A stretch of 63,642 nt of DNA, the filler included, from Octopus bimaculoides (taxonomy: Eukaryota): NCBI RefSeq assembly GCF_001194135.2. It is 6 parts of 4 records of this genome, joined end to end, with 100 filler letters (N's around TTAATTAATTAA, not from the genome) between each part and the next. Parts side by side here need not be neighbours in the genome. Positions count along the whole stretch, not along the records: positions 23,652 to 35,768 come from NC_068982.1; 5 more parts are not named here. One strand, 5' to 3'. This document shows positions 25,151-35,545 of this stretch, in pieces (the stretch's first letter is position 1; each line of letters starts with the position of its first letter). The notes under the pieces are model-generated. The model saw nothing but the letters and a program-made list of their open reading frames with translations. It was not told the DNA's origin and made no database searches. A program made the position numbers and the translations under genes.

Positions 25151-25300
25151 ATAAACCGAAATTCACCTCTTTTTTCTAGAAGATATGTTTCTGGGCATAA
25201 CTGTTCAGTGATGTTTTAAACTCAGTGACGGATTTGCTCCTTTTTGTGTTCGTTCGTGGAAAGTCCCTTTGTTTTTGTTTTCTTTTGTTTTGCGTCACTC

Positions 25301-25324
25301 ATGATATGTGCTTTCTATATGTAC
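25301..25324 (+). CDS. Candidate first coding exon of the CD225 gene (MICAFYMY, or MY from ATG 25319)
   Basis: ATG..TAC|GTGAGT strong donor in phase 0, matching the phase-0 acceptor at 25654 (329-nt intron). No homology support. Confidence 0.3.
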
Positions 25325-25653
25325 GTGAGTACGTGTGTGTCGTGCAGGCATTATTTATGTTGCTTATATCTTTTAAAATGTGTATATGTATGCATAAACA
25401 GTTACAAGTATACGCAATTGATCGATTTACGTACTTACTATGTGTTTGGTGTGTTTTGTCGGGGTTTCTGATGCTGGTACCGATATTCTGCACATATCAC
25501 ATTGTGATAACGTGCATAAAAGAAACTCCACTTTATATAACAAAAATATTTCCAATTATTGTTGTCTTCATCATCATTATCATGTCCTCCATCATCATAA
25601 TCATCACCATCCCTAGATGATTATGTTATTTCTTTGTTTTCTTCCCTTTTCAG

Positions 25654-25761
25654 ATACAAAACCAGCAACCACATGTTGAAGATAAGATAACTTCAGCAAC
25701 TCTTGTCACCCTTTTCTGCTTTCTTCCAACAGGCATGGCTGTTATTGCTTATGCAGATAAA
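25654..25761 (+). CDS. CD225/dispanin (IFITM/PRRT-like) membrane protein, exon with first hydrophobic segment
   Basis: cttccctttttcag-type acceptor; 108 nt encoding IQNQQPHVEDKITSATLVTLFCFLPTGMAVIAYADK; donor |gtatgt. LVTLFCFLPTG..IAY..K fits the CD225 consensus. Confidence 0.85.
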
Positions 25762-25820
25762 GTATGTAAAATATGGACATTTCTTGCAAGAAATTCTATT
25801 CATATGCATACATTTTATCC

Positions 25821-26330
25821 AGTGTGGCAGTGCGTTGTGAAATTTGATTCCCAAACTCATAATTCTGGGTTCAGTTCCACTGCAGCTGGGGTAAGTGTCT
25901 TCCACAATAGCCTCGTGGTAATCAAAGCCTTGTGAGTGGATTAAACAGATGGAAACTGAAAGAAGCGGAAGGAGTTGGGGTACAATAAATTTCATTAATA
26001 TTTTTATATGGTGGAAGTGGTGGTAATAGGAAGGATTAAACAGATGGAAACTGAAAGAAGCCCGACCAATATATTTACACACACACATATGAGTGAGCGT
26101 GTTTGAGTTAGAGACCCCTTTGGTCAATGTCTCTGTTTGTCAACCACCACCGTTGACAACTGGTGTTGGTGAGTTCGCGTACCCGTTACTCATCAGTTCA
26201 ACAAAAATAGAATAAGTAGCAGCTTTGAAAAATTAGACAAGTACTAGAGCTGAGTCATTCGACTAAAATCCTTAAAGGGGATGTCCCGGCAAAACTGCAG
26301 TTTGGTGACTAAAACAAATAAAAGTTAAAA
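25821..26330 (+). mobile_element. Degenerate SINE family B in the CD225 intron, with a 66-bp insert
   Basis: gggttcagttccactgc..gtaagtgtcttcc..aaagccttgtgagtggat..ggaaactgaaagaagc, with the family B 3' part downstream. Confidence 0.75.
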
Positions 26331-26940
26331 GAGAAAACAAAAATATTCATAATTTAGTAAAAAGCATAATGTAAAAATGCCATAGTTTAGTACAAAGCAT
26401 AATATAAAATGTCAGTATTTTATTTGATAAAAAGCCATGCTTTCATAAGTTTCTTACTTTATTGATATTATACTAGTGGGACTCAGAGAAATTCCCCAGT
26501 GTAAGTCAGTATAGTTGAAAATATTATGTTGTTTCCATGCTCTATTACGATGACATTATCCCATGCTCTCCATCAGTTTTTAAAAAGAGTGTGTTGTGAT
26601 TTGGAGAATTTAGCTGGTGTTTCTAACAAGTTAAATTATCTGCTAGTGGTTGTGTTGTAGATTCGATGAAGTTCCCTCATGGACACGATAAACATGTTAT
26701 TGATAGATATTGTAGAGGAAACGCAAAACATAAGGCCTTAAACAAGATCACATGAATATCATGATTGTACTAACTGTGAGCATGAACACTGGCAGGTAAT
26801 TTCCTTAGAATCACCCAGACAACTCTCTTTCCATGATTTAAAAAGATACAGTGAAATTTCACCATATAACTGACACCAGTTGTAAATATATGACAATGTT
26901 TTGCTGTTGTTGAGTTTTATTAACATACTTTATCTTCCAG

Positions 26941-27123
26941 GCAAAAATAATGGCCGGAAATGGAAATGTAGAAGGTGCAAAAGAAGCGAACGCTAACGCA
27001 GCACGATTTATCAATATATCAATTTGTGTTTGTATTTTTGGGATTATTATTTTCATCATTTTTTTCAAGTACAAGAAATTTTACAACTACAAGGGGATAT
27101 CATCATCTCTTTTAGTAAATTGA
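26941..27123 (+). CDS. CD225/dispanin, terminal exon with transmembrane helix
   Basis: Acceptor tactttatcttccag|; phase 0; AKIMAGNGNVEGAKEANANAARFINISICVCIFGIIIFIIFFKYKKFYNYKGISSSLLVN*. In frame with the previous exon. Confidence 0.85.
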   Translation, partial: AKIMAGNGNVEGAKEANANAARFINISICVCIFGIIIFIIFFKYKKFYNYKGISSSLLVN

Positions 27124-27591
27124 GAAGGTTCATATCAAATGAAGAGTGTTTTCTTTTTTTATACTCTCCTTTAATTATAATCATATAAAATATTCTTAGC
27201 AAAAAAAAATGTTTAAATGTATTGAGAACTCCAATCAACAAATGATATATTTCATAAAAAATGATATCATTTTAAATATTCTTTTCTACTCTAGGAACAA
27301 GGCCCGAAATTTGTGGGGAGGGTGACATNNNNNNNNNNNNNNNNNNNNNNNNNNNNNNNNNNNNNNNNNNNNNNNNNNNNNNNNNNNNNNNNNNNNNNNN
27401 NNNNNNNNNNNNNNNNNNNNNNNNNNNNNNNNNNNNNNNNNNNNNNNNNNNNNNNNNNNNNNNNNNNNNNNNNNNNNNNNNNNNNNNNNNNNNNNNNNNN
27501 NNNNNNNNNNNNNNNNNNNNNNNNNNNNNNNNNNNNNNNNNNNNNNNNNNNNNNNNNNNNNNNNNNNNNNNNNNNNNNNNNNNNNNNNNNN

Positions 27592-27900
27592 TTGTGAGTG
27601 TTTATTGAGCGAAAACACCTAAAGCTCCACGAGGCTCCGCAGAGGATGGTGGCGAACCCTGCTGTACTCTTTCACCACAACTTTCTCTCACTCTTTCTTC
27701 CTGTTTCTGTTGTACCTGTATTTCAAAGGGCCAGCCTTGTCACACTGTGTCACGCTGAATATCTCCGAGAACTACGTTAATGGTACACGTGTCTGTGAAG
27801 TGCTCAGCCACTTGAATGTTAATTTCACGGGCAGGCTGTTCCGTTGATCAGATCAACTGGAACCCTCGACGTCGTAAGCGACGGAGTGCCAGCAACAACA
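27592..27900 (+). mobile_element. SINE family C (shares core with 41601-41900)
   Basis: gtacctgtatttcaaagggccagccttgtcacact..gtgctcagccacttg..caactggaac, ending in (CAA)n. Confidence 0.75.
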
Positions 27901-29258
27901 ACAACTCTGATCAGGGAACTCCTCAACCCCAGCCCGATGGTAAGAACCAATAAAGGGATAAAACTATGAGAGAATAGAGATATTCCTGAACCACTTGTAC
28001 TATTCCTTCTGTCCAATTCAATCACCCAAGAAAGCATTAGGTGATGTTGTTGCATTTTGCTTTTACTTGAATGTTTTTTACCATTATCTCAGGAACTATC
28101 AAAGTTTAAAACCATTTTATAAACATAAAATGCTTCCTTGTTTTCAAAATGTTGCCTTAAAGCCAGTTATTTATTTGAGCATTAAATATTAATGTGATTC
28201 AGTTCAACATAGAGTAGACATTTGGTACACAAAAAAATAAACAGTTACACAAATGCATTCACAAATGTCGCTATTCATGTCGACACAATATTTTAGATAA
28301 TGGTAGTTATAAACGCTTAGTAGTGAAAACTGCATTCAAATGTTGACCACAAATGTAGAGGAATATTGCTCATTCTTTTCATTCATAAATATATTGGTTA
28401 ATATTTGGTTTAATATTTCTTCTAACCGTAGAGTTCACAACAAACATACAAATGAATTTATTTCCAATGTGTGTAGTGAACTTTAGCATTTGTTATTCGA
28501 CTTCAAAGCAATATCTGAAAGCAATATTTCGAACGCTACAAACCTTCCTTCCAGGGACTGCTGTTAAAAGTTAGTGCGCTTGCATAGCAGAGTTCAAGGT
28601 CAATCTATGCTAAGCGGCTTTACTCTGCATGCTTTAGCTTCGTTACTATGGCAACAGTCCGGTTACTTATTGATCAGACCTCCTATAATTTCACTGTTAT
28701 TACTACAATCCTTACCACCTCATTTACTTCTTCTCATTGCTATTATTGCTGGACACCATTATTATTTGTTGGTATTGTTATTGTCAGTAGTGTTAGCTTC
28801 GTTGCAATATGTTAGGTTATCTTCTAATCCTCGGTTGGCTCGGTGGAACTTTAGCTGTCATCCCCAACGTTGTTCCTTTTCTGTGATGGCCACAACTTGT
28901 CTTACACCTGTCGCGACATGCTTGACGCGTTGCTGACGTCATCATTGCAATTTTCGGGGCTTAGCAAATTTACGGTCGTTGGTTTAGTTGCTGATGTTGC
29001 TGAGACGCTATATAGAAGTTTGGGGGTATTGGGTCTAATAATACAAGCTGTTTGATTGGAGTGGTAGTTGACAATTTGGCCTAAAATGAGTATAATTTCC
29101 AGAAGCAGTTTCTTCTATCCAAGTACCTTAACTGAACCTTATATGTACATAGCAAAACAATAAAAGAATTGTATCAGTTGAATATTCAGTTGTTGTCTAT
29201 GTGTAAGCCATCTATGAACTAGTTCTTGCCCATGCTCATGTCTGGCAAGAAACTTGAT

Positions 29259-29459
29259 ACTTGAGACGTCATAGGTATAAATTTACTGATAAAACCGCAG
29301 TTCACACCAGTAGATAGATATATTGCCGCGAATACGGCAAGAAGTATCACTAAGTTCCTTGGATCTTGCTACTTCATTTTTCTCTCGCTAACACACTTCA
29401 CGCAACACCTACTCATCACAAAAATGGAAGTCTGTAAGTATATAGCATTGACTTTTCGT
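29259..29459 (+). promoter_or_regulatory. Copy 1 of a ~200-bp duplicated segment with TATAAAT and ATG-GAA-GTC-T|GTAAGT
   Basis: TATAAAT at 29276, ATG at 29424, donor at 29434; collinear with 32125-32318. The promoter/first-exon role is inference. Confidence 0.4.
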
Positions 29460-29898
29460 AATTCTTCATTATATACACACTACAGTATTTTTGACGGTTC
29501 AATAACTCTATTTGCGATTCACTAGCTGACGTGTTACTAGATTTTCAAATGTCCCTTCTATCAGTACAAGGATGTTAATTAAAAAGATTTTGAAATATTT
29601 TTGAATTCAGGAAGATATCTAATTATTCCATTATTACATTCCAATGTGCAGTTTCAGTTTCTATGTTAGTTAAAATACATATTAAAATTAAGAATTATGG
29701 AAATATCATTGGCAGAGTTATTGTATAACAAAGCAAAGTAGATTTCTTTCTTTGGTGTTATTTATTCTTCATTACACGTGTTTCCATTACTAATAGTTAT
29801 TACGAAGATTTCCCATTAGCAAATGAAGCGATATCTTCGATTCGACCAAAGACCTCTGGTTGGATCTGGTAGACGGAAACCTAAAGAAACCCATCGTA

Positions 29899-30393
29899 TA
29901 TGAAGGTCGGCTGAATGGTTTATAAGCCGATCATTATACTCTCACAAGTGTAATCAAAGGAATTTTCTTTTTCAAAATAGTCACCCTTTGGGTCTACACA
30001 GTTCTTCAAACAATGTTGCAGTGCTTGGATCTCATTGATGAAGAACCTTTCATCTTGTTGGTCAAAGAACTAATCAACAAAACCTATTTTGTTATCATTA
30101 CTGCGATGCTGCTTCCAAGCCAAATGTTCTTTTATGTTGGAGGAATAGATGATAGTCCGATGGCACCAAATCAAGAGAATAATGAGGAAGATCAACTTGT
30201 TCAAATCCACAATCATGCACATCAGCCATTAAAATCAAGAACTTGTATGCTGGCGTATTGTCCTGATGGAACAAATCCCCTTCCGTCAGTTTTGCGGGCC
30301 GTTTAGCCTTGATAGCCTTTCGTAACTACCTCAGCAAGCTTGCATAGTACTCTACATTAATGGTCGTGGTCCTTTTGAAGATAGTCAATAAAC
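29899..30393 (-). mobile_element. Mariner relic, C-terminal half with one TIR
   Basis: IDYLQK..YYASLLR*LRKAIKAKRP..FHQDNTPAY..PHYSLDLVPSDYHLF..CVDPKGDYFEK; TIR-like TATGAAGGTCGGCTGAA at 29899. Confidence 0.85.
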
Positions 30394-31143
30394 GCAATCG
30401 CAAACGACATGTTGAGCGCTGTATATCATAGCGATCTCGAGAGCTGCAAATACTTTTCTTGATTAGTCAATACTGGAGATGAAAAATGGATACTTTGCCA
30501 TAATTTTAAGCGGAAATGTCTATGACTCAGTTGTGGTGAAGAGCCAGCACAGCAGACTAGATATGACCAGCATTCAAGGAAGATTCTTTTGAGTATATGG
30601 TGGGATATGCGTAGAATAATTTATCACGCGCTACTAAACGATAATGTAGGATTACGAGCTACCAGATGATAATCAAACAATAGCAGCCGATATAAACTGC
30701 CAAAAGCTAACGCGGTTGAAAACAGTTATCATACCAAAATGCCTACCTTAAACAAATCGAGAAGGAATCGTCCTCCATCATGATAATGCTAGCCCTCACA
30801 CTGCACAACGGACAAAAGATCTAGAAAAATATGCCTGTGAAATTATGCATCTCCCACCATATTCTCCAGACATCGTACCTACAGATTACCATCTCTTTAG
30901 AAGATTACAAAATCATTTGAATATATTAAGGGAAGAGAAGTCGAGAAAGAGTTAGTTTTCTTTTTCATTTCTAAACCTAAGGAATTTCATGAAGGCGGCA
31001 TAAAAAAAGCTCATTGAGAGATGGAAAGAGATCATAGTGGGGAATGATGACTATATTAACGATTCAAAAAATTATATATTGTTTTATTAATTGTTTTACT
31101 GAGCCCTTGTGAAACGGACGAAACTTCTGTCACAAAATTATAT
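30394..31143 (+). mobile_element. Second mariner relic, catalytic domain to right end
   Basis: TGDEKW..LSIWWDM..VLHHDNASPHT..PPYSPDIVPTDYHLFRRLQNHL..LIERWKEII. 33 residues between the 2nd and 3rd D (34 is canonical). Confidence 0.9.
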
Positions 31144-31762
31144 ATNNNNNNNNNNNNNNNNNNNNNNNNNNNNNNNNNNNNNNNNNNNNNNNNNNNNNNN
31201 NNNNNNNNNNNNNNNNNNNNNNNNNNNNNNNNNNNNNNNNNNNNNNNNNNNNNNNNNNNNNNNNNNNNNNNNNNNNNNNNNNNNNNNNNNNNNNNNNNNN
31301 NNNNNNNNNNNNNNNNNNNNNNNNNNNNNNNNNNNNNNNNNNNNNNNNNNNNNNNNNNNNNNNNNNNNNNNNNNNNNNNNNNNNNNNNNNNNNNNNNNNN
31401 NNNNNNNNNNNNNNNNNNNNNNNNNNNNNNNNNNNNNNNNNNNNNNNNNNNNNNNNNNNNNNNNNNNNNNNNNNNNNNNNNNNNNNNNNNNNNNNNNNNN
31501 NNNNNNNNNNNNNNNNNNNNNNNNNNNNNNNNNNNNNNNNNNNNNNNNNNNNNNNNNNNNNNNNNNNNNNNNNNNNNNNNNNNNNNNNNNNNNNNNNNNN
31601 NNNNNNNNNNNNNNNNNNNNNNNNNNNNNNNNNNNNNNNNNNNNNNNNNNNNNNNNNNNNNNNNNNNNNNNNNNNNNNNNNNNNNNNNNNNNNNNNNNNN
31701 NNNNNNNNNNNNNNNNNNNNNNNNNNNNNNNNNNNNNNNNNNNNNNNNNNNNNNNNNNNNNN

Positions 31763-31797
<35 letters not shown>

Positions 31798-32124
31798 TTT
31801 TAAGTCTGTTTAAATGAAACGTTTTTGAGTGCGCTAATAAAAACTTACTACATGTTTGACCTACTAAGAATCAACAGCATCGATTTCTCTAATCAATATA
31901 GGTCATGTACAATGTAATGCGCTCATTTCTTCCTTGTCTGATAAGTCCATAATAAAACAGAAAGCATATGGGCCTAAAGTAATTTCCAGAAAAAGAAAAT
32001 TAAATAAAATATCATAACTCCTAAACGTATAGCTGTCGACTATGCGTCAGTCATACATAAACTGGTTTATACAAAAGTGAGATTTTTTGTCAAGATTAAA
32101 TTACTCTCTGACGTCTGTGAAAAA

Positions 32125-32318
32125 ACTTGAGACGTTATTGATATAAATTTACAGCAAAATATGCAGTTCACATCAATAGATATATTGCCACGTTTAAAGT
32201 AAGTAGCCTCACTAATTTCGCTGGATCTTACCATTTCATTTTTCGCTGGATAACTCTTCACATTGCAGCTACTCATCACAAATTGAAAGTCTGTAAATAT
32301 ATATCATTGACTTCTCGT
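32125..32318 (+). promoter_or_regulatory. Copy 2 of the duplicated TATA-containing segment
   Basis: TATAAAT at 32142; the position matching copy 1's ATG reads TTG-AAA-GTC-T|gtaaat; lies about 115 nt upstream of the signal-peptide ATG. Confidence 0.4.
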
Positions 32319-32431
32319 CCCTTAGATTCCAGACGTGGCTGGCCATTGATATCACGTATCTTCTTTCCTGAACTCTGAAAGAGGACCTGTGGTTGCAGAG
32401 ACGTTGCTTCAAAGATTTCCCGGAACATCCA

Positions 32432-32526
32432 ATGTATTTCCGAGGACGTGTGTTGTCGGTGCTGTACCTGCTGGTATTGTTAGTGTTATTGTTGCTGCTG
32501 CTGCCGACATTGTCGAAATCGAGTCG
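32432..32526 (+). CDS. Candidate first coding exon encoding a signal peptide or N-terminal TM segment
   Basis: MYFRGRVLSVLYLLVLLVLLLLLLPTLSKSS(R)|GTGAGT: basic n-region, Leu-rich h-region, polar c-region, consensus donor (phase 2). First ATG after an in-frame stop. Confidence 0.5.
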
Positions 32527-32575
32527 GTGAGTGTATTAGACAATAAAACATTAAGACAATATGACTCTCCCCAAA

Positions 32576-32700
32576 GGCGACGAGCTGAAGAATCCTTAGC
32601 CCGACGGGCGAAATGCTCAGCAGTATTTCGTCTGTCTTTACGTTCTAAGTTCAAATTCCGCCGAGGTCGACTTTGCTTTTCAACCTTTCAACCTTTCAAT
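32576..32700 (+). mobile_element. SINE family A, 3' truncated
   Basis: Head, gttcaaattccgccgaggtcgactttgc core. Confidence 0.8.
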
Positions 32701-33357
32701 TCACATAAAGAATCTTGGAAACCAGATACAAAAGAGTAAAACTTTTAAATATCAAGGTCAAATGAGAGCGGATCAGGGAAAGTGGCACATGATATAAGAT
32801 TAACAAAACTCAGTTAAATCAAAAAAATCAACATACGTAGAAAATTCTTTGTAGCTTCTTTACGGTCTGATGGAGTGGCTCTCTTCCCGATATATTTACA
32901 CACCGTGACATTCATGTGAAGAAATTACTGAAATTAGTTATTACTAGGACATTTTTTAGCCTTATTTTCATGCGTTCTTAACTTTATTTTTTAATTTTAT
33001 TGACAAATTTCGACCTCATTTTAACCTCATTATTAATCTGTGAATATTTGGGTGTTCATTCTAGTTTTGATTACTTTATGATATACTAGTATTATCAAAA
33101 CAGGTTTTTAAAAAATAACTATTGTAGAAATTTATTATAGTACAATATGATATAATGCTTTATGTTTGTAGGCAAAAGACTCGTCTTTTGCACGGAATTT
33201 TTCCAGCATTAAAAAACTGCGTTCTACAGCAGCTCATGTCGCTTTGCATTGTATCAGATCTGCATATTCTGCGGGTGAAACTTTAGGGTTCGTTAGTTGA
33301 ATTATCGAATTGATTCGGGTTTTTTCAAAATTTAAAATCAATTATTTGACACATGGT

Positions 33358-33983
33358 GTAACATAAAAAACGACCCTTCATCAGTTGTCGGCTGTCTATC
33401 TACTCCTCATTTCGAGCATTGAACGACAATATGAGTCTTCGAAGACAGTCGCTCTCATAAGCACAAAAATTAAATTTGGGATTTATGGAGGGTCAAAGTT
33501 GAGAACAAAACAAGACAGTGGATACATACAAGGAAACCGAACGAAAAACCACCTCTTTTTCCTTTACTATCTCTCGTTGCCCACACATGACCATCGTCCA
33601 TCTTTCTTTTCCTCACTTGATCATCTTTCTTTACTTTCCGGGCTTTGATCATCTTTCTTTACTTTCCGGGCTGAACTAAGGACTGGTCTATCCTGTCTCT
33701 CTCTTCTATCTTTACTTTTGTCAAAGAAAATTTTTTCCAGCGTTCGCTATTTTACACTCATTCTGCTCTAACGACCCTCCATGTTTGTTTTCGTTCGGTT
33801 TCCTCGTATGACTCCACTGTCCTGTTTTTGTTCCCAGCTTTGACCCCTTCAAAAATCCCAATTTTTTTTTTTTTTGGTACTTATAGGAGCAACTGTCTTC
33901 AAAGACTCATATTGTCGTTCAATGCTCGAAATGAGAAGTAGGTAGACAGCCGACAACTGATGAAGTGTCGTTCTTTATGTTAC
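33358..33983. repeat. Long inverted repeat (arms ~33358-33550 and ~33787-33983) with an internal ~27-bp tandem duplication
   Basis: cttcatcagttgtcggctgtctatctact..catttcgagcattgaacgacaatatgagtctt is mirrored on the right arm; tgatcatctttctttactttccgggct occurs twice in the spacer. Confidence 0.85.
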
Positions 33984-34075
33984 TTGTCCTATTTTCCATT
34001 TTTTTCTTTCATTGTTTTTGTATTTCATGTTGTTTACTTTTGGTGACGTCCTGTAGCCATGTGTGCATATGTATA

Positions 34076-34127
<52 letters not shown>

Positions 34128-34129
<2 letters not shown>

Positions 34130-34265
34130 CGGGCTCCTTTTCGTCACGAGGTTTCTGTTGGCCCGAAGCTATAATAGAAGACACTTGCCCAAGGTGCCAT
34201 GCAGTGGGACTGAACCCGGAACTATGTGGTTAGGAAGCAGGCTTCTTAGCATACGGCCACACCTT
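34128..34265 (-). mobile_element. SINE family B head
   Basis: agaagacacttgcccaaggtgccatgcagtgggactgaacccggaac (reverse complement of head plus CORE-like block). Confidence 0.85.
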
Positions 34266-35197
34266 AAGAGACATGTTGTTTGTGGAAACGCAAGTAGTGT
34301 TGCATTAAATGCTTATAAATTCTATCTAGAGATTATTGTTATTATTATATGTATCCTACATTTTATCAGTCCAGCTCAAATCAACCCCGAAAAACTGGTT
34401 CCGGCATAACAGAATAGGAGCTTTATTTGCTTATTCAAAACGTTTCCCATGAACAAATTTAAAATATTCTCGCGCATGTGTGTGTGTGTGTGTTGATAAT
34501 TTCCCACGGAATAACCTGTTGTTCAAGTCTTGCACCTGAATAGAGTACACATAAGTCAAAAACTTTCTTCTAATAAAAAAAAAAAGCATATTTCTAGTGA
34601 TTTTACAGTGGCAAAGTTATATAAATCGCAGTAAAAAATTCATAAAACAAAATAAACTATTTTACCTTGAGTCAAAAGTTGTTCTGCTTATTTTCCGGGA
34701 TTTCATTACTTAACTCTCCTATTGCTGACGTATTTCAAGCAAGCAGCCGGAATTTACGGACATGGAAGTCTTAAGTATGTAATTTATTATTACTTTATAA
34801 TTTCGCAATTTATGTTCTCTGTATATTTTCAATGGTTCCGAAGATACATTCAGACGATTCCCGAGGAAAGGTGTCTCAAAATTAAAACTAATACAGAAGC
34901 CCAACAGAATAGTTGTTTTTTTTCTTCTACATCAAGTTACCTAACTATTAATAACTTAGGCTTAGCCATTAGTAGCCCAGGCAGTATTTTAAGTCATGTT
35001 TTACGACATCGTAGCCCATTTAAGCAGGGAGTTGATTTTTTGCTGTGATATATCGCAGCATCGATGGTTCGTCTGGTATTTCTTGCAGGAATTTTTCCAA
35101 TTACTGTTTGACTGCTATGAGGTCTTTTACTTCTTCGGTTTCATTATTTACATTATTTACATTTGATGGATATTTGTCCGTCATCTTGTTTGTTGTT

Positions 35198-35243
35198 AAC
35201 ACAACGTTTCGGCTGATATACCCTCCTGCCTTCATCAGGTGTC
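35198..35243 (-). ncRNA. Minimal type I hammerhead ribozyme in a Penelope-like terminal repeat
   Basis: Minus strand GACAC-CUGAUGA-A-GGCAG(gagggtatat)CAGCC-GAAAC-GUU-GUGUU: both core boxes, stem I GACAC/GUGUU, stem II with one mismatch, loopless palindromic stem III, GUU cleavage triplet. Confidence 0.7.
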
Positions 35244-35289
35244 TTGGAGAAATTTCGAACTTGGGTTCTCATTCCTAAGATATTTTCGC

Positions 35290-35545
35290 TGCAAATCGTC
35301 CTGCCTTTTTCAATGTTATCGCGAAAGAAATTAAAGTAGAAAAAGACAGCACAACTTTCAAGCGGTACCTGGACAAATTCCTCCAGAAAATACTGTATAC
35401 ACTTGGATACGTCTCAGCCAACAGCAACTCTCTGCTTGAGTGGTCCATGGTGTCCCGAAATAATTAATTAAAATACTTTTCCAGGTGGTGCTATTGAGTT
35501 AGTCATGGCCTGGGCCCATAACGGCCGAAACCAATCTAAGATAAG
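35290..35545 (+). mobile_element. CR1/L2-like LINE 3' tail
   Basis: PA(L)FNVIAKEIKVEKDSTTFKRYLDKFLQKI..GYVSANSNSLLEW*, then a short UTR with a GGCC..GGCC stem. Confidence 0.65.

Noticed and set aside
33950-33975. CTGATGA hammerhead box in the inverted-repeat arms
   Set aside because: No downstream stem II-GAAA arrangement.
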